Source of the DNA: Octopus vulgaris
Taxonomy: Eukaryota
Length of the DNA stretch: 64,000 nt
Reading direction: 5' to 3'
Assembly (NCBI GenBank): GCA_951406725.2
Contig: OX597814.1
Location: 165,540,001-165,604,000 of the forward strand
This document shows, piece by piece, positions 56,325-64,000 of the stretch. Made by a program: the position numbers and the translations under genes. The notes beneath the pieces are model-generated. The model made no database searches. It saw only the letters and a program-made list of their open reading frames with translations, and was not told where the DNA came from. Numbering within the stretch: position 1 is the first letter of the stretch; each line of letters starts with the position of its first letter.

Positions 56325-56599
56325 TGTGGTTGATGAAAGGAGCACAACGGAAACAAGGAAATAGGAAACAGAAGTGCAATAAGGTCTTACCTGACAGGGG
56401 ATGAAGTCGGATGGCCTTCAGCCAACTTGCTCGCGTGTTGTCGTCTCGGTGCCTTGCTGGGGTCTGCCGCAGCCGGTCGATGCCGCACGTGCGTTGAGTC
56501 ACTCGCTTCCGCTTCCGCCGGCGCATGCGCCCTGCAAGACCTGTAAGCATCACTTCCGCTCCCGCCCGTCCCGTCACACTCCTTCATCACCACACCACA
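56325..56599 (-). repeat. 3' LTR (275 bp)
   Basis: Identical to 60249-60523 except for one C/T substitution. Confidence 0.96.
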
Positions 56600-56635
56600 C
56601 GCCCCCCTGATCTATAAATCACTGAGCCGGCTTCC

Positions 56636-59494
56636 TCACTCGCTCCCGCACCCGAAACTGGTTTCATAATCAGCCAGCCAGGGAGGAGGGTGCCGCTCCC
56701 TCTGTGGTCGCAGCGCGACCCTAGGACTTGTTTCTGGTGTGTTGCTGTCGACCTCGTCATCCTGTCGGTTGTTTTCGTCCTGCCCACTGTTGCTTGTCCC
56801 ATCCTCTGGGGCATCGATGGAGATGTTATTCTTCGAATTTACGGAGGTTATTGTCCCTTTTCCCCATTGCGATGTACACCGTGCGTTTGGGGGTTTTACC
56901 CAGACTTCCTCCCCGACCCGCACGAAGGCGTGCTCTTCCTCTGCCCCGGGTTGCATTGATTTAGTACACGGATGCCTCCACTCGTACCTGAATATTGCTC
57001 TGTGTGGCACCGATTCCTCAGCCTGTCCGGATCGGGGAGACAAGTTGTACCAAAAAACTGCTTCAAGCGGCGAAATGTGCCCTCTTTCCGCTATGGCCTT
57101 GACTGTCCGATGGTGCCTCTCCACGATCCCGTTACCGCCCGGCCTATACGCTGCTCTGAACAAGCGTCGCACGTTCCACCGATCAAGCATAACCCTCAAT
57201 GCTTCCGAACGAAATGCCGCCCCGTTGTCCATCAGTAGTTCTTCCACGGGACCTCTCTCTAAAAATATCCCGTTCAGGATCTGCACGATCTCGTCAGCAT
57301 TGCCCGATCTCAACTCCCTCCAAATGGCCAGCCGGCCCGGCCCACAGTCGACCATGGAGAGGTACGTTCGCTGACGGTAGTGTGTCACATCCACAGCTAG
57401 CCTTTTCCAGTTCTGCTCCACGGAAAGGCTTCCCTGTTCATGCCCACACGGAGCAGGGTCGATGGACTGACACCTGTCGCAGCTCCCGACCACCTTCCGG
57501 ACGCTTCTCCTGGTCACGTCAGCATCAATCTTTTTTGCCAGATACAGGGTCCTGTCCACACCCAGGTGATGCATAGCGTGCAATTTCTTCAGCTCGGAGT
57601 CATCCAACCGACACGCCGCAGCTATCCCTCTCCGCGCCTCCTCCGGTTCTTCCAACCACGCCCTTTTCACCCTGGTCAGTACGTCCGCCTTGTTTTTCTC
57701 CGAAGGCACGAAGACCACGTTCAGCTTCAGTCCGAATTCGGCGATCAGTTCACCTAGAACTCCTAGACGGCGCTTCACTAACATCTCCGCAGCACCTTTC
57801 GTCCGCACTCTCCTGTCACCGGTGATCACTGATCCTACCCAGCCAAGCACAGTGGCCGAATCCGTCCGCATTTCAATCGTGCGCAGCCCCCATTTCAAGG
57901 CCAAGTTCACCCCTTTCAGCAGCGCGTCTAGTTCGGCGACATTGATGTGGTTGAAATCATCTGCTTTCCGAAGCCAGGCCGCGTCCTCCACCGCAGTGCC
58001 TTCGATTGCCAACACCACCCCTATCGCTATACTGCTAGCATCACACCAGACAGTCCCGCATTTCGTCCTGGGCACGTACCAGTTCCCCCTGGCCGGGTCT
58101 TCCGCTCTTGTCCTCTCTAGGATCTCCTGCATCATCGCCACCGTCCCTTCTCCCACCTTGTCGCCCCACCTCTCTCCTTCTGCTCGTCTCTTGGTGTAAC
58201 TACACGCCGTGCGCAGCCATCCAGCGATCGGGTAGTGACCGACCAACTTCCCACACACCGAGAACAGCTCTCTCCTGCTGACGCTGGAACTCAGCTCTGG
58301 GATTTCATTTCCTCTCCGGAACACCAATTCACCTGATCTATCTCTTCGCAGCTTCAGCCCCAGCGCGGCTCCCCCTTCAATCGACTCCGGCGGCTTAGCA
58401 ATCAGTCCGAACTTCTCCAGATGTCTCACTACCTCGTCGGCTGCCACTACAGTTTCGTCCACCAAAATGTCGTCAATGTAGGAGCTGGTGGCCTTTCTAA
58501 TCTTGCCGTCTTTCCCTAGGACGGACCTAAGCACTGCCGACATGATCTTCGGAGCAGAATTCAGCCCGAAACCCAGCCTGGTTAGACAGTACGTCCGGCC
58601 CTTGTACCGCACCAGCTGATATCGCCATAGTTTGTCTCTCACATGGAGCTGCAAGTATGCCGATCTCAAGTCGACAATCGTCGCTGCCTCAGTCGACTGT
58701 CTCCACTTGCGTAATGCCTCACCACAAACGTCTGTCGCCTCACCTCCCGTGTGACACGATATGTGCTGGTTTAACTCCCTGAAGTCCAGCACCGGTCTGA
58801 CTTTTCCCTTCGTAGGCTGCACCACCGCCATCAGGGGTAGCACTCCGCCCGCTACCTCCTCCTTCCAAGGGACAAGGATCCCTTCCTCGATCCACCTCTC
58901 CACCTCGTCTTCAAACTCAACCCTGGCGTGGCCTTTCAGAGTATGCTGGTAACAGCTCACCCTGTTCTCCAGTGTCGGGGGCTCGTCCTTCCATTTCCAC
59001 TCTATCGTCCACCGCTGACCATCGAACGCCGCCTGAAAGTCCTTGTCCTCGATGGTGTAAGCGGCGCCGTCCCTCGCGGGGCTCTGTTCCCTCTGGTGAT
59101 CCTGACTCGCAGTGCACGACGCCCCCACGCTTCCGAACGTGACCTTATTTCCCACAACGCTGACGCCACCGAGGCAGTTGATGGCGTCCATCCCCATAAC
59201 CACATCAACTACAATTGCCTGTAGCCTTAGCGTCGCGCCGCGCACCACTATCTCTACCGTGCTGCTGCCTCTGCAACGGATTTCGCTGCCGTCGACCGCC
59301 CGGACACTACACACCCCGTTCCATTCCTTCGTCACCCTCGAAGTCACCAGGGTGGTCGTACAGCCCGTATCCACAAGGGCCTTGAACGTCTCCCCCTCGG
59401 CCTCCACGTCAATCACTGGCAGTGTCTCCAATAGCGCCTCTACTCGTTTGAGGGGAAAGTTCGAGAGGCAGCAACTTCCCCGCGGTCGTTTCCC
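56636..59494 (-). CDS. pol: pol polyprotein (protease, RT, RNase H, DDE integrase), expressed by -1 frameshift
   Basis: LVDTGC protease; DLRSAY, GFGLNSAP, YIDD RT; CDAS..AELD..TDS..NKAD RNase H; HHCC plus D..D(35)E integrase. Confidence 0.95.
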   Translation of the reverse strand, partial: GKRPRGSCCLSNFPLKRVEALLETLPVIDVEAEGETFKALVDTGCTTTLVTSRVTKEWNGVCSVRAVDGSEIRCRGSSTVEIVVRGATLRLQAIVVDVVMGMDAINCLGGVSVVGNKVTFGSVGASCTASQDHQREQSPARDGAAYTIEDKDFQAAFDGQRWTIEWKWKDEPPTLENRVSCYQHTLKGHARVEFEDEVERWIEEGILVPWKEEVAGGVLPLMAVVQPTKGKVRPVLDFRELNQHISCHTGGEATDVCGEALRKWRQSTEAATIVDLRSAYLQLHVRDKLWRYQLVRYKGRTYCLTRLGFGLNSAPKIMSAVLRSVLGKDGKIRKATSSYIDDILVDETVVAADEVVRHLEKFGLIAKPPESIEGGAALGLKLRRDRSGELVFRRGNEIPELSSSVSRRELFSVCGKLVGHYPIAGWLRTACSYTKRRAEGERWGDKVGEGTVAMMQEILERTRAEDPARGNWYVPRTKCGTVWCDASSIAIGVVLAIEGTAVEDAAWLRKADDFNHINVAELDALLKGVNLALKWGLRTIEMRTDSATVLGWVGSVITGDRRVRTKGAAEMLVKRRLGVLGELIAEFGLKLNVVFVPSEKNKADVLTRVKRAWLEEPEEARRGIAAACRLDDSELKKLHAMHHLGVDRTLYLAKKIDADVTRRSVRKVVGSCDRCQSIDPAPCGHEQGSLSVEQNWKRLAVDVTHYRQRTYLSMVDCGPGRLAIWRELRSGNADEIVQILNGIFLERGPVEELLMDNGAAFRSEALRVMLDRWNVRRLFRAAYRPGGNGIVERHHRTVKAIAERGHISPLEAVFWYNLSPRSGQAEESVPHRAIFRYEWRHPCTKSMQPGAEEEHAFVRVGEEVWVKPPNARCTSQWGKGTITSVNSKNNISIDAPEDGTSNSGQDENNRQDDEVDSNTPETSPRVALRPQRERHPPPWLADYETSFGCGSE

Positions 59495-60204
59495 TGGCCG
59501 CAATCACGGGCAATGTGCCCTGTCTGCCTGCATCGATAGCAAACTGGCCCCAGCTGCGTACAGTCCCGCGCCATGTGCGGTCCCTGGCATTTAAAACATC
59601 GTCCTGAGAACGGCCGCTCTCGTTGCACGGTGGGCTTCCGTACCTCTTTCTCGGGACGTCGTCCGTCTTTACGCGCCTCCGTCACCGCCATCGCTATCCC
59701 CTTCCGCCCCGAGTGTCTCGTCAACCCGCGAGCATGAGTTACAAGCTCGCTCAATGGCATCTTTTTGACCCCGGGCAGTTGTTGTAGGTGAATCCCTACA
59801 TCGTCGGGGAACCCATTTACGAATGCCAGTCGGGCTGCTCTCTCCAGTCCTTCTCCGGCAAACCCGGCCAGAGTCGCTAGCCTTCTAGCTTCCGCCGCAA
59901 AATCATCCACCTGGCCTCCCGCCCACCTGATTGCACCCAGCTTAGCGAAAGCTGTGTACTCGCATTCCGTGTATGCGTCACACAAGCGCCGCTCTATATT
60001 CCCATCGCAGAGCCGTTCTTTTTCGTCCATTTCTAGGTAAAGCGACAACGCACTTCCTTCCAAATACAGGGCCATAAGACTCGCCACGTCGCTTATGCCC
60101 TGCAGTCTCGCCACCAGCCTGATTTTCTGAATCCAGGCCACTACATCGCCTTCGCCGTTAAAAGGTCTGACGACGTCACTGGCGATCCTAATTTTTGCCG
60201 ACAT
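59440..60204 (-). CDS. gag: gag (254 aa from MSAKIRIA) with two zinc knuckles
   Basis: CFKCQGPHMARDC and CYRCRQTGHIARDC; first ATG after the LTR/PBS at 60204. Confidence 0.9.
   Translation of the reverse strand: MSAKIRIASDVVRPFNGEGDVVAWIQKIRLVARLQGISDVASLMALYLEGSALSLYLEMDEKERLCDGNIERRLCDAYTECEYTAFAKLGAIRWAGGQVDDFAAEARRLATLAGFAGEGLERAARLAFVNGFPDDVGIHLQQLPGVKKMPLSELVTHARGLTRHSGRKGIAMAVTEARKDGRRPEKEVRKPTVQRERPFSGRCFKCQGPHMARDCTQLGPVCYRCRQTGHIARDCGQGNDRGEVAASRTFPSNE
59488..59494 (-). promoter_or_regulatory. -1 ribosomal frameshift slippery site G_GGA_AAC
   Basis: X XXY YYZ in gag phase (CAG GGA AAC); the -1 frame is pol. Confidence 0.85.
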
Positions 60205-60236
60205 CGTGTTGAAAAAAATGTGAACGCTGACTAAAT

Positions 60237-60248
60237 GCCGAAATAGCT
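60237..60248 (-). promoter_or_regulatory. Putative non-canonical primer-binding site complementary to tRNA-Phe nt 1-12
   Basis: Sense AGCTATTTCGGC abuts the 5' LTR; its complement GCCGAAATAGCT equals the conserved 5' end of metazoan tRNA-Phe(GAA). Confidence 0.65.
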
Positions 60249-60523
60249 TGTGGTTGATGAAAGGAGCACAACGGAAACAAGGAAATAGGAAACAGAAGTG
60301 CAATAAGGTCTTACCTGACAGGGGATGAAGTCGGATGGCCTTCAGCCAACTTGCTCGCGTGTTGTCGTCTCGGTGCCTTGCTGGGGTCTGCCGCAGCCGG
60401 TCGATGCCGCACGTGCGTTGAGTCACTCGCTTCCGCTTCCGCCGGCGCATGCGCCTTGCAAGACCTGTAAGCATCACTTCCGCTCCCGCCCGTCCCGTCA
60501 CACTCCTTCATCACCACACCACA
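60249..60523 (-). repeat. 5' LTR (275 bp)
   Basis: Direct repeat of 56325-56599. Confidence 0.96.
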
Positions 60524-61125
60524 ACAACGTCGAACAGGGAGTGAGGATTACTAAAACAAAAGGTGTCTGTTTCCTTTAAGCCATCATAAAAGACAGAAAT
60601 TTGAAGATCTCTGGAAATGTAACTTCAACAGTTTCTCAGGAGCCCGTTTATTTAAACGAAAGTTTAAATAAAGAAATGGCAACAGTAATAGTGATTTATC
60701 TTATTAGCTACTAGATTCAAAAGATTCAATAAAATACAAAGAACATTAAAGACAATGGGGTTTACAATATGTATGGACATGAACTAAGTCATTTTAAAAG
60801 CTAAACGTTGGGAGGGGTGAAGCCATAATATAATAGACGGATTAAAAATTTAATGGAACATGAAGTAAGTATAAAATAAACTGTTTCTGAGATAGGTTCA
60901 GGGATTGAAATTTGGCAGAAGGATTATCCGGTAAAAGAATGAAACTGAAAGTGACCTCGGCAGGGTTTGAACTCAGATCATAAAATGTTGGATGAAACGA
61001 CCACAAGGCATTCTCCCATCATACTAACGGTTCTGCAAATTCACTACCCTTAAATAAAAAATACATAATATATAAATACACAATAATTAGAATGATTTGA
61101 AACTGAAAACCATGTAAAACATATA

Positions 61126-61360
61126 TATTTCTTTACTACCCACAAGGAGCTAAACACAGAGGGGACAAAGAAGGATAGACAAAGGGATTAAGTCGATTAC
61201 ATCGACCTCAGTGCGTAACTGGTACTTAGTTTATAGACCCCGAAAGGATGAAAGGCAAAGTCGACCTCGGCGGAATTTGAACCCAGAACACTTAACGGCA
61301 GACGAAATACGGCTACGCATTTCGCCCGGCGTGCTAACGTTTCTGCCAGCTCGCCGCCCT
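61126..61360 (-). mobile_element. Young full-length Deu/Nin-domain SINE
   Basis: 18-bp TSD AACCATGTAAAACATATA (61108-61125 and 61361-61378); older copies at ~63060-63260, 63620-63730, 63790-63950. Confidence 0.88.
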
Positions 61361-62091
61361 AACCATGTAAAACATATAGGGCTAGCTGCCCGCACACGGG
61401 TGGGAACTTATGGATTAGGCTGGACTGGAGCTCCCCACAATTCTACCCTAGTCCTTGTACAGAGTTCTGTTGCATCCCAAAATACCGGGTTATGAATATC
61501 CTATTGAATTCGGCTGCTTTTTGTTTCATGCTTTCCTAATTCCACAGTAAGCACTTTATTAATATTCTGCCTTTTACACGTTTATAATTTTTGTCTTTAA
61601 AAGGCTCTTCCAAAACTATTTCGCCTATAAGCTCGTATGACGATGTAATAAATGTACCCAGTACCTCTTCGCTACCAGTCACAATACTGTGAATTCCACG
61701 ATGCTTTAATGGGAAGGTGGAACCTCCACACTTTTTCATCATTTTTTGCATCTTATATTTTCAGCGAGGGTTTGAAATCCTTGGTCTTTTTGCATCCCCT
61801 CATGTTGCTCACAAGACGATAGGATGGTGCTGCTGGTTGCTACGGTCGGGGAACAGGGTATCCGATAACATGTTTTCAAAACTGTATACAGGATAACCTC
61901 CTCCAGCATTTCTGGAGTTGTGACTGAAAGTACCTTCGAAACTATGGTGGGGGTCTGCTGATCTTGTTGCTATCCCAGTTGTTCTCCACTACTTTCCTCT
62001 CTTCTCCGCTTTCTTGTATTTTTTTTTATTTCTTCAGAGCAAAACGTCCTCAAGGCGTTTTTACCACCATATCTATAACAATTAGTCCTTT

Positions 62092-62508
62092 GGATCTTTT
62101 CGGTTTGAACGGCAGTTTTTAACATAATTTCTAGGTAACTAAAAAGTTTTAAACTTCGTATACTGATAGAATGTGTTTATAAAACATCTTTTTCTCTTGG
62201 CTTTATTGAGAAAATTCTATAGTTTGTAAGATATTTGTTGTTTTCTTCTTCAATTTCTGCAATTTCAACCAATCAATTACGTCCATTGAGGTAAAAAAAA
62301 CATTCTGTGCCGTATGAATATGTCCCTCGTTTAAGAAACAGATTGGGTTTATTTACATTTGTGAAGAAAAAAAGATACCCTTCCCCCACCCCTAACCCTA
62401 ACCCTAAAACAGATTGAAATGCAATAGATCGATACTAGGGTCATATTTATGGGTGACAATTTCATATGACACCGCTAAAAAAAATTGCCGTTCAAACCGA
62501 AAATATCC
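62092..62508. mobile_element. MITE with GG...CC TIRs and 8-bp TSD (Merlin-like), containing (CCCTAA)3
   Basis: TIRs GGATCTTTTCGGTTTGAACGGCA / TGCCGTTCAAACCGAAAATATCC; TSD AGTCCTTT (62084-62091 and 62509-62516). Confidence 0.82.
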
Positions 62509-63742
62509 AGTCCTTTTGTTCGGCACCATCAGTCTTATGCTCTTTGTCACTTAACCAAGCAAAGTTCTGGTTTGGCCCTGTAGCTTTCGAAGGTGATTAA
62601 AACTTGCACATTCATTTTCATTTCTCCTAATCACATGTTTCTCTTCGGTACCTCTGCGCTTACCACCCACCCATATTGTAATACGGAAATATAGACCAGC
62701 TAAGGGTGATCAGTTTTTGTTTCAAACATTAATGGTTTCTTTTACAATATTTTTTAATTATTTTCTGTTTTTGTCAGTTTTCTCTGTAATGATCAAGACT
62801 TATATTGGAGAACCGGTTTTTACCAATATTTTGCGTTGAATATCAATTAACAATACTAAAAGTAAACTATATAAATGTCTTTTTTCACGGCCTGACAAAG
62901 GTGGGAGAAAAATTAATAACAAACGACTTAACTTTCTTTAAATCAATTCCAATAATTTAACGAAGAAAATGCCATGAACTTTCGGAACAGTATCACAAAT
63001 ATTAATCCGGAAACGAGAGCACTTTGAGGTACAGCTGGAAAACACATAAGCCAATAATAATGATTTCAAGTTTTGGCATAGAGCCAACAGTCTTAGTCGA
63101 TTACCTCGACCCCAGTGCTTAACTGGTACTTATTTTACTGACTTGAAACGGATTCAAAGCAAAATCGATCTCGGCAGAAATCGAACTCAGAATATAAAGA
63201 GTAGGAAAAAATGTCGCTAAGTATTTTGTCCGATGTGTTAACGATTCTACCAGCTCGCAACAGAGGTGTTGCTAGGTTCTAAAGTTAGTAGGGAGCGAAC
63301 ATATAAAAAAAGGCGCCGTGACAATTTTTAATTCATTTCTCTTATATTGTACGAAATGTTTCATTAGTTATAATATATACAGTTGCATTCTACGTTCATT
63401 AATTTCATGTTTCAGTAACAATGTCATTGCGTATGGAACTTAAAACTACTGAAATAGATGTGCTTTGAAAAAGATGAAACTCCACGGAGTCTTCCAGGTT
63501 ATGACGTCAGGGTTTGTTTTGTTTCTTCAGATATCAGAAGCCTCCGACACAACAAAGAAGATTCAGCAGACGATTAAAAAACATGAAAGGTCAGTCAAAT
63601 AGAGTAATAATTCAATAACTACTTCGACCCCAGTGTTTCTCTGATACTTGATTTATCAACCTCGAAAGGATGAAAAGTAAAGTCGACCGCGGTGGAATTT
63701 GAACTCAGAACGTAAAGACGAACGAAATGCTAACCCGTCGTC

Positions 63743-63778
<36 letters not shown>

Positions 63779-64000
63779 TTAATAATAGTTTCTACTAAGG
63801 GGCTAGTTAATTACATAGAACACCAGTACTTGACTGGTACTTATTTTATCGAACCGAAAGGGTGAAAGGCAAAGTTGATCCCGGTGGAATTTGAACACAC
63901 GCTAAACATTTCTTCAGACACGCTAATGATTCTGCCAGCTCGTCACCTTTATAATAAAAACGGCTTCTAATTTAGGGACAAGGAAATGAGTTTACTAGAT

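Larger units (their letters stand above)
56325..60523 (-). mobile_element. Intact Gypsy-order LTR retrotransposon, 4199 bp
   Basis: TG...CA LTRs, 5-bp TSD ACAAC (56320-56324 and 60524-60528), PPT (minus strand AGGGGGGCG at 56600-56608), gag and pol open. Confidence 0.97.

Noticed and set aside
56690-59594. Many + strand ORFs within the LTR element
   Set aside because: Antisense shadows of GC-rich pol coding sequence
60240-60247. PBS pairing with the SINE 3' tail (GAAATA)
   Set aside because: Only 6-7 nt; the 12-nt tRNA-Phe match explains the site better
60204-60501. N-terminal extension of gag starting inside the LTR
   Set aside because: The start lies in U3, probably upstream of the transcription start, and the same peptide appears in the 3' LTR; ATG 60204 is preferred
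61536-61751. 71-aa minus ORF
   Set aside because: No recognisable domain or splice structure

Overview
Eukaryotic, AT-rich animal genomic DNA. The repeat landscape (tRNA/Deu-Nin-domain SINEs, RTE-LINE 3' ends with (ATG)n tails, very long (TA)n tracts) suggests an octopus/coleoid cephalopod; this is inference. One protein-coding gene can be assembled by hand: a 10-coding-exon, + strand SLC41A (MgtE-family Mg2+ transporter) gene, ATG 2023 to TGA 35921, 1599 nt/532 aa, with all introns GT-AG and phase-consistent. Its introns and flanks are packed with decayed Tc1/mariner elements, hAT-, piggyBac- and Merlin-like MITEs, a Helitron, RTE and R4/Dong-like LINE fragments and at least three SINE families. 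Downstream lies an apparently intact, very young, GC-rich 4.2-kb LTR retrotransposon (56325-60523, - strand; 275-bp LTRs differing at 1 nt; ACAAC TSD; gag with -1 frameshift into PR-RT-RH-IN). Its primer-binding site is not complementary to a tRNA 3'-CCA end but to the first 12 nt of tRNA-Phe, the most striking signal found. Other oddities: SINE multimers with a fixed self-complementary junction, fold-back mariners built from two 3' ends, a 72-bp segment shared beyond two LINE tails, and a CpG-depletion boundary near 44.5 kb.
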